From a virus (taxonomy: Duplodnaviria; Caudoviricetes), in IMG/VR virus record IMGVR_UViG_3300033814_000023, positions 1 to 34,805 of that record: a stretch of DNA of 34,805 nucleotides; one strand, 5' to 3'. Position numbers and translations under genes: made by a program. Positions 17,661 to 25,964 of the stretch are shown here, in pieces. How positions within the stretch are numbered: the stretch's first letter is position 1; the number at the start of each line of letters is the position of its first letter. The notes beneath the pieces were generated by a model. It had not been told where the DNA came from, did no database searches, and saw only the letters and a program-made list of their open reading frames with translations.

Positions 17661-18278
17661 CTAGAACTCGATCCGTTTCCCTGTTCCCGCATGCGGATAG
17701 CGGGAAACGTAGCGATACCGCCTGACGTTCCGCGAGGAGAGGAGCGAGGGAGCGGGGCCGCCCCACGCTGCGTCGGTCGGAGTGCAGACTGAGATGCCGT
17801 TATCCTCGATGACGAAGACGATGGGAAGACGATGATTCCGCGCGTAAGCCGCGCTCTCGTGGGCGATCCCGGTCGCGGCGGTCATGTCGCCAAGGAAACA
17901 CCAAACGCGCTCGCCGGACCCGGCGCGCTTCGCGGCCCAGGCGATCCCGACCGCGATCGGGAGGACGCCGCCGACCATTGCGGAGGAGACGACGCGATGC
18001 TCCGGGAAGTTCAGCGCGATCGAGCGACCGGCCATGATCTCGGCCATGAGTTCAGGGGGCGGGACGCCCTTCAGGAGGCAGTGGTAGTGGGAGCGCCAGC
18101 TTGAGAGGACCCAGTCCTCGTCGCGGACCTCGCGCCGGAAGATCTCTATGAGCGCCTCCTCGTTCCCGTCGTGAAGATGAATCGGCGCGCAGATCCTCCC
18201 CGCGTTGAAGACCCTCGCCACCTCGGTCTCGAACGCGACGAGATCAACCGCAGAGAGGCGTTCCGCAGCAGCCGTCAT
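17661..18278 (-). CDS. TPP-dependent E1-alpha-like subunit (short form)
   Basis: PIHL..GNE, D.V.S.WRSH.H.L.KG, S..VGG..PIAVG.A and a TPP motif GD...EDN. ATG at 18278 (ATGA overlap). Confidence 0.82.
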   Translation of the reverse strand: MTAAAERLSAVDLVAFETEVARVFNAGRICAPIHLHDGNEEALIEIFRREVRDEDWVLSSWRSHYHCLLKGVPPPELMAEIMAGRSIALNFPEHRVVSSAMVGGVLPIAVGIAWAAKRAGSGERVWCFLGDMTAATGIAHESAAYARNHRLPIVFVIEDNGISVCTPTDAAWGGPAPSLLSSRNVRRYRYVSRYPHAGTGKRIEF

Positions 18279-19696
18279 CTCGCGTCCCCGAGGATCTCGC
18301 GCCGAAGACCGAGCCGGGCCTGCCGCTCGATCGAGGCTCGCGTTCCGAACCTCCGGTCGATCTCCGCGAGGTAGTCCGGGTTTGTGAAATAAGTCATCCA
18401 CGCCTCGTCGCGGAAGCGAAGCACCTCGGCGGCGGAGAGCGAGGCGGTCGGGAGGGGGAGACAGTCGTAGGCGAGGAAGCCGTAGCCGGACCAGGTCGAC
18501 GGGAGGGGCGTCCCGCGCTCGCGCGCGCGCCGGTAAAGGGGAGAGCCGGGAAGCGCCATGCAAGGGTAGAAGTTCGCGTGCTCCGTCCGAAGCTCAAGAG
18601 CGAGGTCGAGGGTCTCGCGCATCGACGCGGCGTCGTCATCGGGAAGCCCGAGGATGAAGTTCGCGACGACGTTTATCCCCGCCGCGCGGATCTGGGAGAC
18701 GATCGAGCGGACGTCTGCGTCCTCGAAGTTCCCCTTCGACGCCTCGCGCCGGACGCTTTGGTTGCCGGCCTCGATCCCGAGCGCGAGCCAGTTGATACCC
18801 GCGCGCTTGAAATCGTCGAGGTGCTCCGCCCGAACCGTGTCGACGCGGGCGTAGGCCCAGAGGTTAAGGCCGAGATCGCGCTCGATCAGGCCACGGACGA
18901 TCGCCCCGTAGTGTCGTCGGTTCAAAAAGAACATCTCGTCTGAGATCCGGACATTCCGGACTCCGCGAGAGGCGAGATACTCCATCTCGTCGAGGACGAC
19001 CTCGGAGTCGAAGAAGCGCATCCCGCTCGACTCCGAGGCATCGAGTTGGCTGGCCGAGGATCGGTTGACGAGATTTATCATGCAGAAGTCGCAGCGGAAG
19101 GAGCAGCCCAGCGAGGTATAGATCGCCGCCGTGCGGTCCGTCCTCGATGGGTCGAAGTAGCCGTGCCAGAAATGGGCGCGATATACGGTGAAGTCCGGGA
19201 CGAGGTCCCACGCGTGGCCGCGAAGATCGCGCGTCGGTTCGCCCCAGAGAACGCCGGGCGGCGCGCCGTCGCGCAGGAGCGCACGCAGCGCGGCGATGCC
19301 GTCCCCCGGCAAGACGTGATCCACGTAGGAGAGCGCGGCGGTCTCCTCCGGGGCTGCGGAGGGATGCGACCCGATGAACGCGATCGAGACCCCGCTCCGC
19401 TCCCGGATCTTCCGCGCGAGGCGCTCCGCGCCCGCCATGTTCGTCGTCCCCGAATTCGGGTTCCCACCATAAACGACGAAGCAGACGTAACGCGGGCGCG
19501 CATAGAGGACCCGTTCGACGGCGGCCTCGTCGTCGAGCCGCTCCGCGCGCGGGTCGAGGATCGCAATATCGAATTCGCGGCGAAGCGCGGCGGCGATGAG
19601 GAAAGACCAAGTCGGGGTCTCGATCGCCGCGTAGTCATCCGCGAGCCCCTGGTACGATTCCGCAGAGGAATCGGGATTCACAAGGAGAAGGTCCAT
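18275..19696 (-). CDS. cobalamin-binding radical SAM enzyme (class B methyltransferase-like)
   Basis: GSHPSA, SLGCSFRCDFC (CxxxCxxC), DEMF, YARVDT, GIEAG, FILGLP and LPGSPLY. Confidence 0.88.
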   Translation of the reverse strand: MDLLLVNPDSSAESYQGLADDYAAIETPTWSFLIAAALRREFDIAILDPRAERLDDEAAVERVLYARPRYVCFVVYGGNPNSGTTNMAGAERLARKIRERSGVSIAFIGSHPSAAPEETAALSYVDHVLPGDGIAALRALLRDGAPPGVLWGEPTRDLRGHAWDLVPDFTVYRAHFWHGYFDPSRTDRTAAIYTSLGCSFRCDFCMINLVNRSSASQLDASESSGMRFFDSEVVLDEMEYLASRGVRNVRISDEMFFLNRRHYGAIVRGLIERDLGLNLWAYARVDTVRAEHLDDFKRAGINWLALGIEAGNQSVRREASKGNFEDADVRSIVSQIRAAGINVVANFILGLPDDDAASMRETLDLALELRTEHANFYPCMALPGSPLYRRARERGTPLPSTWSGYGFLAYDCLPLPTASLSAAEVLRFRDEAWMTYFTNPDYLAEIDRRFGTRASIERQARLGLRREILGDAR

Positions 19697-20691
19697 CAGA
19701 GTCCGTTAGGATGATAGAGGACGACGCGGCTCCCGCCGCTCTCGAAGCGGAACGGGACCTGGGCGAGCGACCCGAGCGTCCTGCGGACCGCCTCGCGCTC
19801 GCCGGGACGGACGAAGAGAAGGAGGAACCCGCCGCCGCCAGCGCCAAGGAGCTTCCCGCCGATCGCGCCCGCCGCCCGCGCCGCGTCATAAAGGCCGTCT
19901 ATCTCCGGCGTCGAGATGCGGTCGGAGATCCGCCGCTTCAACGCCCAGCCATCGGCGAGCAGTTCGCCAAACTCCTCAATCGGGCGTGCCTCGTCCTGGA
20001 GCATCTTGATCGCGGAGTCAACCATCGCGCGGAGCGCCCGGAGTTCATCGCCACGCTTCGCGAGGTTCTCGATCGTGGAAAGAGCGACCTCGGAGGCGAT
20101 GCGCGAGAACCCGGTGAAGCAGAGCATGAGATGCTCCTCCAGTTCGACGAGGCGGCGGGATCCGAGGACGACGGGAGCGACCTCGAAGCTCCCGTCCCTC
20201 GCGAAGTCGATGCGGTTCAGACCGCCGAAGGCAGCCGAGATCTGGTCCTGCGAGCCGACGTTCTCCCCGATCACGTTCTGCTCGATGTCGATCGCCCGCC
20301 GCGCGAGGTCCCCCTTCGAGATGTAGCGACCGCGCAACGCGGCGACCGCGTTGATCAGGCCGACCGTGAAGGACGAACTCGATCCGAGTCCGGATCGCGC
20401 CGGGAGGTCCCCGTCGTGGTGGATCTCAAGACCCTCGCGACAGTCGTTGACCCCGAGAACCGCTCGGATGGCGGGATGCTGGATCTCCTCGATCTCTCGC
20501 ACGTTCTCGATCTTCGAGTAGACGATCCGATAGCGATGCTCGAAGAACGGCGGGAGATGACGGAGGCTGATGTAGCAGTAGCGATCAATGGTCCCCGCGA
20601 CGACCGCTCCGCCGTGCTCGCGATACCACGCCGGGTAGTCCGTCCCGCCCCCGAAGAACGAGACCCTGAACGGCGTGCGCGTGATGATCAT
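19696..20691 (-). CDS. hddA: GHMP sugar kinase, HddA-like (heptose 7-phosphate kinase family)
   Basis: MIITRTPFRVSFFGGGTDYP, LPARSGLGSSS, GSQDQ and GGKLLGAGGGGF. ATG at 20691 (ATGA overlap). Confidence 0.85.
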   Translation of the reverse strand: MIITRTPFRVSFFGGGTDYPAWYREHGGAVVAGTIDRYCYISLRHLPPFFEHRYRIVYSKIENVREIEEIQHPAIRAVLGVNDCREGLEIHHDGDLPARSGLGSSSSFTVGLINAVAALRGRYISKGDLARRAIDIEQNVIGENVGSQDQISAAFGGLNRIDFARDGSFEVAPVVLGSRRLVELEEHLMLCFTGFSRIASEVALSTIENLAKRGDELRALRAMVDSAIKMLQDEARPIEEFGELLADGWALKRRISDRISTPEIDGLYDAARAAGAIGGKLLGAGGGGFLLLFVRPGEREAVRRTLGSLAQVPFRFESGGSRVVLYHPNGL

Positions 20692-21626
20692 ACGTTCCCG
20701 TAGCGCGAGTTCGAGAGCATCGCGCAACCTTTCGCGAGTTCGAGGATTCCTTCCCGAAGCGAGACCATCGTCCGATAGCCCGTCGCCTCGATCTTCGCGT
20801 TCGATACTACATAATCCCTCTGGTCCGGGTCCTTCCCGACAGCTGCCTCGACGAACGTGAAAGCCGGGATCTCCTTGCGGATCGCGGCGCAAAGCTCGCG
20901 CTTCGAGAGGTTCGCCTCGGAAAGCCCGACGTTGTAGATCTGGCCCACCATCCGCTCCCGATTCTCGATCCCGTGGAGGAAGGCGCGCGCGACGTCTCGA
21001 ACGTGTATGTAATTCCGGCGGAACCCGGCCTCGAAGAGCACCACCGCCCGATCAACGACGGCGCGGTGGACGAAGTCGTTCACGAGCAGGTCGAGTCTCA
21101 TGCGCGGAGACATCCCGAAGACGGTCGCGAGCCGGAAGGAGATCGACGCCGGACGGTCCATGAGCGCGTGCTCGACCTCGACTTTCTCGCGAGCGTAGAG
21201 CGAGATCGGTCGGAGCGGGGACGCCTCGGTACATTCGTGGTTCTCGTCTCCGCTCCCATACGCGCTGTTCGTCGTCGGCATAACGACGAGCTGGTCCCTC
21301 CCGAGCCCATCGAGCATCATCAGGATCGCGTCGCGGTTCGTTGTCCTCGCCCCGACCGGATCGCGGTCGCAGAGCGGGGCGCCGACCAAGGCGGCGAGCG
21401 GGATAACGATGTCCGCCTGACGAAGAAGTGGCGCGACGACGCTCGCGACGCGCACGTCGCCGCATACGATGTCAAAACGCGGGTTGTGGCAGAGCGCAGC
21501 AAGCGAGTTCTGCCGATAGCGGAAATGATCCAGGACGACTACGCGATGGCCAGCATCGAGCAACGCTGGAACAAGGATCGAGCCGAGGTAGCCAGCGCCG
21601 CCGGTGACGAGGATGCGCTCGCTCAT
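20688..21626 (-). CDS. NAD-dependent nucleotide-sugar epimerase / reductase (extended SDR)
   Basis: ILVTGGAGYLG, Y...K, RLATVFG.SPRMRLDLLVNDF and R.YIHV.DV. Confidence 0.85.
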   Translation of the reverse strand: MSERILVTGGAGYLGSILVPALLDAGHRVVVLDHFRYRQNSLAALCHNPRFDIVCGDVRVASVVAPLLRQADIVIPLAALVGAPLCDRDPVGARTTNRDAILMMLDGLGRDQLVVMPTTNSAYGSGDENHECTEASPLRPISLYAREKVEVEHALMDRPASISFRLATVFGMSPRMRLDLLVNDFVHRAVVDRAVVLFEAGFRRNYIHVRDVARAFLHGIENRERMVGQIYNVGLSEANLSKRELCAAIRKEIPAFTFVEAAVGKDPDQRDYVVSNAKIEATGYRTMVSLREGILELAKGCAMLSNSRYGNV

Positions 21627-22249
21627 GTGCGCCCCATCAGTAATGCGTGCGCCTTGTTGTATCCCGCGGCGGTCCCAATATCGACGAATGACCCGGCGCT
21701 GGTGAAGGAAAGAACCCGCCGCCCACGATCGACCGCCGCCTCAAGGAATCTCTCCAGAGAAAAGGGCGTCGAAGAACTGGCCGCGAACGTTCGCCCCTCA
21801 TCAAGGAGCCCCCGCTCGAAGAGGTAGACTCCGGCATTCACCAGCCCACCAGCGGCGACCACGGAGGCATCGGCACCACCAGCGCGATGCGCCTCCAGGA
21901 GTTCCGCGAGGGAGACTTGGAGATAGGTATCACCGTTGAGAACGAGCACCGGACCGCGCCCCACAAGAAAACCGGCTGCGTGAAGCAGCCCTCCACCGGA
22001 ACCAAGCGGCACGCTCTCGAAGGCGTAGGAGAGTGGAATGCCGCTGCGAGATGAGCCGAGTCCAGTCATAATCGCTTCGCTCCGATAACCAACGGAGAGG
22101 ATGAATCGCGATACACCCTCTTCTATCCAGCGGTCGAGGAGTATCTCTATGAATGGCCGGCCAGCGATCGGTGCCATCGGCTTCGGGACATCCGGGACGA
22201 ACGGCCGGAGCCGAGTTCCGAGACCTCCCGCGAGAACGATCGCCTCCAT
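21623..22249 (-). CDS. sugar-1-phosphate nucleotidyltransferase, HddC-like
   Basis: AIVLAGGLGTRL...PKPMA.I.GRPF, E..PLG.GG, NGDTY, NAGVY and F.DIG. Confidence 0.85.
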   Translation of the reverse strand: MEAIVLAGGLGTRLRPFVPDVPKPMAPIAGRPFIEILLDRWIEEGVSRFILSVGYRSEAIMTGLGSSRSGIPLSYAFESVPLGSGGGLLHAAGFLVGRGPVLVLNGDTYLQVSLAELLEAHRAGGADASVVAAGGLVNAGVYLFERGLLDEGRTFAASSSTPFSLERFLEAAVDRGRRVLSFTSAGSFVDIGTAAGYNKAHALLMGRT

Positions 22250-22251
22250 CG

Positions 22252-23427
22252 TCAGTGGACCACGCGGTCGAGGACCTCGCGGAGCCGCTCTAGCTGTGGC
22301 CTCAGGTCCCGGGGATGGTTCCCGACGAAGAACCCCCGGTCGTGGACGAGGTTCGCATTCGTCATTTCACCAACCGCCTCGAAATCGAAGTGCCGGATCA
22401 CGTCGTGGCGCAAGAAATTCCCACCCGTTATGATCCTGTGCTCGATCTCCGCCTCGCGGAGCGCCGCGAGGACCTCCCGCCGATCGACGCCGAGCTTCGG
22501 GTTGAGGATGATCGTGAAGCAAAACCACGAACTCCGACCGTTCTCGCGCTGGGTTATGAACCTCTCGTCCCCAGAGAAGAGCGCCCGAAAGATCCGCGCA
22601 TTCGCGCGACGGGCTTCGACGAAGTCGTCAAGTTTCCGGAGTTGCTCCCGCCCGACCGCTCCGGAGAGTTCCAGGGGGCGGACGTTATACCCCGGGAGGA
22701 TGAATCGATACGCCTCGAAAAAATCCTCGCCGCCCGCCTCGTAGACCTTCGAGTCTCGCGGGAGGTCGCGGGTCCAACCGTGGGCACGCATAGACCGCGC
22801 GAGGTGATCGATCTCGACGTCGTCCGTGACGAGCACGCCGCCCTCCATAGTCGAGATGTGGTGCGAGAAAAATGTCGAGAACGTCCCGACGTCCCCGAAC
22901 GTGCCCGCGAACTTCCCGTCGATGCTCGCACCCATCGATTCGCAGTTGTCCTCGATGAGGTAGAGCGCGTGCTGGTCGCAGAACTCGCGGAGCGCGACGA
23001 GCGCGCAGGGGTTCCCGAGGATGCTCACGGCGACGACGGCTCGAGTACGCGAGGTCAGGGCGTACTTCAATCGCGACATATCCATATTGATCGTCTCCAA
23101 CTCTACGTCGACGAAGCGAAGCCGGAGCCCGTACTGCTGGAGCGGGTAATAAGTCGTAGCCCACGACACCGCGGGGACGATGACCTCGTCCCCGCGCGCG
23201 AGCGGCGCGATCGCCAGATGTGAGAGTGCGGCGACGGCTAGAAGATTCGCCGCCGACCCCGAGGAAACCATAAGCGCATGGCGGACACCGAATTTCTCCG
23301 CGAACTCCTCCTCGAAGAGCCGCACGTTCTCCCCCATCGTGAAGCGTCCGGAATCGACGACGCGTCGGATCGCGTCCAGTTCTTCCGCTCCCCAGGAACT
23401 CGTGGTCAGGTCGTAGCGAACGCTCAC
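22252..23427 (-). CDS. colD: PLP-dependent DegT/DnrJ-fold enzyme, ColD-like GDP-4-keto-6-deoxymannose 3-dehydratase
   Basis: SGS.ANLL, EDNCES.GA, STFFSHHISTMEGG (His in place of the Schiff-base Lys), RAHGWTR.LP and PGYNVRP. No Cys-rich Fe-S insert of the E1/RfbH type. GTG at 23427 (GTGA overlap) gives 391 aa. Confidence 0.78.
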   Translation of the reverse strand: MSVRYDLTTSSWGAEELDAIRRVVDSGRFTMGENVRLFEEEFAEKFGVRHALMVSSGSAANLLAVAALSHLAIAPLARGDEVIVPAVSWATTYYPLQQYGLRLRFVDVELETINMDMSRLKYALTSRTRAVVAVSILGNPCALVALREFCDQHALYLIEDNCESMGASIDGKFAGTFGDVGTFSTFFSHHISTMEGGVLVTDDVEIDHLARSMRAHGWTRDLPRDSKVYEAGGEDFFEAYRFILPGYNVRPLELSGAVGREQLRKLDDFVEARRANARIFRALFSGDERFITQRENGRSSWFCFTIILNPKLGVDRREVLAALREAEIEHRIITGGNFLRHDVIRHFDFEAVGEMTNANLVHDRGFFVGNHPRDLRPQLERLREVLDRVVH

Positions 23428-24098
23428 CGCCAGTGCTCCCGCATCCACGCGTGAGCGATCCCCCCGTTCGGCTTCGACTTCCCCTTGAAGCAGACGACGG
23501 AGCAACCGCTGGGGACGATGTCGTGGACCTGCTTCGCATAAAGCTGAATCATCCCGGGAACATCATCGGTCAGCCGCGCGATATTCCGGTCCCCGCCCAT
23601 AGCGTCAAAAATATATGCCTGATCTCCCCTCGCGGCGTTGAACGCGCGATGCCGCCCCGCTCCCGGTCCAGGATTCGCCGCATATTCCGCAATCAATCGC
23701 TCAGGGGGACCAGCGAGGAATTGTTCGTAGACATGGACCTGCGGACGACCGAACCACATGACGCCGGAGCCGACATAGTGACGTCGGCCAAAGCCGCGGA
23801 GCATCGCAAATGGATGGCGAAGTTCGGCAAGGCGGTCAAGGTTGCCAACGATCACGGTGTCGAGGTCAAGATATAGAGTTTTGTCCGTCACAACTCCGGG
23901 ACGAAATGCCTCAATTTTCGACCACCATCCCGGCCAGTCGTGAACGAGCGGTATGCGCTCACAGGGAACCTCAACGTCGGAGAGTGCCGCGAAGCGATGG
24001 GCGACGGAGAGATTCCGCGCGACGCCGTCTCGGAGCTTCCGGACCCAAGTCTCGTCGTAGGCTCCGCCTGAGCGTAGTACGCAAAGAACGGTTAGCAC
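23424..24098 (-). CDS. GT-A fold glycosyltransferase (GT8-like)
   Basis: CVL.SGG.Y, GWWSK...F, LY.DLD (DxD), S.VM.F, GDQ.YI and VVCF.G..KP. Confidence 0.78.
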   Translation of the reverse strand: MLTVLCVLRSGGAYDETWVRKLRDGVARNLSVAHRFAALSDVEVPCERIPLVHDWPGWWSKIEAFRPGVVTDKTLYLDLDTVIVGNLDRLAELRHPFAMLRGFGRRHYVGSGVMWFGRPQVHVYEQFLAGPPERLIAEYAANPGPGAGRHRAFNAARGDQAYIFDAMGGDRNIARLTDDVPGMIQLYAKQVHDIVPSGCSVVCFKGKSKPNGGIAHAWMREHWR

Positions 24099-24895
24099 AG
24101 CGGTTCACCCCTTAGAACTCGGAATGGTAGGCCGGATGCGATCTCAGCCAACGACCATTGCGCGCACGCGATGCACTCGAACACTGGAACACGGTCCGGC
24201 ATCGGTGGGTTCTCTATCGCGGCAAGGTCCGTTCCATCCGCACCAGCGGCCACCCAGAACGGGCCGGTGCGAATGACCGGGATTCCGTTCACGAGCGCGT
24301 GGAGCCCAGCGCTTGAGGACCAGATCACGCAGGCCCAGGCGTTTTCCAGATCGCGCGCGAGACCGATGGACGGATGCTCCGTGAGCCGCTTCCAATGCCC
24401 GGGATGCGGTCGGACCCGTATCGGTCGGTCGGTGAGCCGGCGAAGCGCGGCGACCGTCGTGCGTTCCCAGTCAGAGGGCATGAGAAACCACTTCGGGGCG
24501 ATGAACCGATTTGGGCAGACGAGGATGTGGCGGCCATCGGTGCGCCACGGCTTCAGTTCCAAGCCAAGCGCGCGGAAGCGGTCGGGACCGTTGGAATACC
24601 AGAGCCCGCTGCCATTGTGGCCGTGAATCGCAAGCGCGTAATGTTGATGTCCATTTGCGTCCTTCCCGATGTAACCATTCTCGGCCACCAGCACCTTCCC
24701 GCCCATGCCCTCAAACAGATCGGCGTGGCGCTCGTATTCCCCTTTGCGGTTCCACATAATCATAATGTCATCCGGCCGCACCGGGCACCGCGGGAAACCC
24801 TCTTCTGTCGCGTAGCCAGCGGCGCGCAGCCCCGCCATGAACACGTCATGCCGCGCGTCTGCGTGCTTCTTGAGACAGCAGTAGGCGGTCGTCAT
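24092..24895 (-). CDS. GT-B glycosyltransferase resembling capsule-synthesis KpsC/KpsS-like proteins
   Basis: ENGY, IRVRPHP, SS.G..AL..GIPV and A..QWSL.EI.SG. Confidence 0.65.
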   Translation of the reverse strand: MTTAYCCLKKHADARHDVFMAGLRAAGYATEEGFPRCPVRPDDIMIMWNRKGEYERHADLFEGMGGKVLVAENGYIGKDANGHQHYALAIHGHNGSGLWYSNGPDRFRALGLELKPWRTDGRHILVCPNRFIAPKWFLMPSDWERTTVAALRRLTDRPIRVRPHPGHWKRLTEHPSIGLARDLENAWACVIWSSSAGLHALVNGIPVIRTGPFWVAAGADGTDLAAIENPPMPDRVPVFECIACAQWSLAEIASGLPFRVLRGEPLC

Positions 24896-25623
24896 GCCGC
24901 CACTCGCTCGATGAACCGCTTGTGCAATCCTATGGCAAGCTCGTTCTCCGACACCTCAACCATCAACCCAGGGACGAGCGGCACGCGCCCTATCGGCCAA
25001 GTCTTCAACACCCGGACCATAATCCCGCGCACCGCACGCCCAACCTGCGCTCTGTCGGCCGGTGGCGCGAATACCTCGACTGGGTCGTAGGCAGGGAACA
25101 ACGTCTCAAGCGGCCCGCCCATCGAGCGCAAGGGAGCGGTGGGGAGCATCGCTTTGAGCTTCTGCCATTTGTGCAAGTGATGGGGAAGCGCCAGGTGCGT
25201 GCCCGTTGATTTCGCCCTCGCGTCGTAGAAATAGGTTCCGCCAAGGAAGCAGTCCATACCGGCGAGCAAGATCGGCGCGCAACCCATCGCCCAGAGCACC
25301 CAAGCGGCCGTGATGCCGCTGTTGTTGATCGGTGCCTTTGTCATCCAAAAGTCCGCCACCCCGCGTCGCGGCGATATGATCGGGGTGCCCAAATCCCGCA
25401 GATGCACCATGCGCCCGTCTGGATGCTTGAACCGCTTCACGGAAAAGTCGTCGCAGCAGATGATGTAATCGCAGCGCCGCAGGAATGCCCCGTGCTGGTT
25501 CGCGCTCGCGAAGACCGTGTTCGCGGGAGCCGCCGCCACGTTCGCCGGAAGGGATACGCCGCCGCCCATCGCCATTCCAGGACGCCCGGCGTGGGCGTGG
25601 ATCAAGTCGGAGAGCGCGCGCAT
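24892..25623 (-). CDS. Maf/DUF115-like (GT42-related) putative glycosyltransferase
   Basis: G.G.SL, S.N, DY..C.D and NSG..A......MGC.PI.L.G.D. Confidence 0.62.
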   Translation of the reverse strand: MRALSDLIHAHAGRPGMAMGGGVSLPANVAAAPANTVFASANQHGAFLRRCDYIICCDDFSVKRFKHPDGRMVHLRDLGTPIISPRRGVADFWMTKAPINNSGITAAWVLWAMGCAPILLAGMDCFLGGTYFYDARAKSTGTHLALPHHLHKWQKLKAMLPTAPLRSMGGPLETLFPAYDPVEVFAPPADRAQVGRAVRGIMVRVLKTWPIGRVPLVPGLMVEVSENELAIGLHKRFIERVAA

Positions 25624-25624
25624 G

Positions 25625-25942
25625 TCAGGTCGTCAGCGCCCGGCCTAACTCCAAAATTATCAACCCAGATTCATCCCCACCCTCGGGGAACGGCTGGATG
25701 AAGGGGTAATTCTCCCCCTCGAAAACGACGAGGTCTCCGCGCACCAGCGCGAGCACTTCATCCGTCACTTGGCAGTCGAACGAGAGATCAAGCCCCGCAA
25801 TAGAACCGTCCTGGAGCTGGATCTCCCGGTATCTCCTGTGGAAAATCCCGGAAACTTCAGTCCCACCGATGATCGCGTCCTCTCCGACGAGGCCGAATAT
25901 GACCTCGTCGAAGTCCGGCATCCGCCGCGCGAACGCGACCAC
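25625..25942 (-). CDS. head-tail joining protein (gpFII-like)
   Basis: 105 aa, beta-rich (V.GIF, RGD.V..EG..Y), directly after the capsid gene. Confidence 0.65.
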   Translation of the reverse strand: MVAFARRMPDFDEVIFGLVGEDAIIGGTEVSGIFHRRYREIQLQDGSIAGLDLSFDCQVTDEVLALVRGDLVVFEGENYPFIQPFPEGGDESGLIILELGRALTT

Positions 25943-25964
25943 CAGCGGTCCCTCAATCAGTCGG

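Noticed and set aside
17120-18278. Pyruvate dehydrogenase as an auxiliary metabolic gene
   Set aside because: Both subunits are much shorter than PDH E1, E2/E3 are absent, and the context is sugar biosynthesis.
1119-23505. ORF-track starts at 1808, 2203, 10439, 14137, 17692, 18563, 20892 and 23505
   Set aside because: These extensions overlap upstream genes with non-homologous sequence. Downstream starts coupled to the preceding stop codon fit the family N-termini better.
9678-25623. Interpretation as a host O-antigen or capsule locus, or a lysogenic-conversion moron
   Set aside because: There are no wzx/wzy/wzm/wzt or gtrAB genes, no membrane proteins, and no separate promoter or terminator, and the cassette is translationally coupled to structural genes at both ends. 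Disfavoured but not excluded.
9678-25623. Interpretation as a DNA hypermodification cluster
   Set aside because: No hydroxymethylase, thymidylate-synthase-like, TET/JBP or replication genes are in the window, and the location is late/structural. Disfavoured but not excluded.
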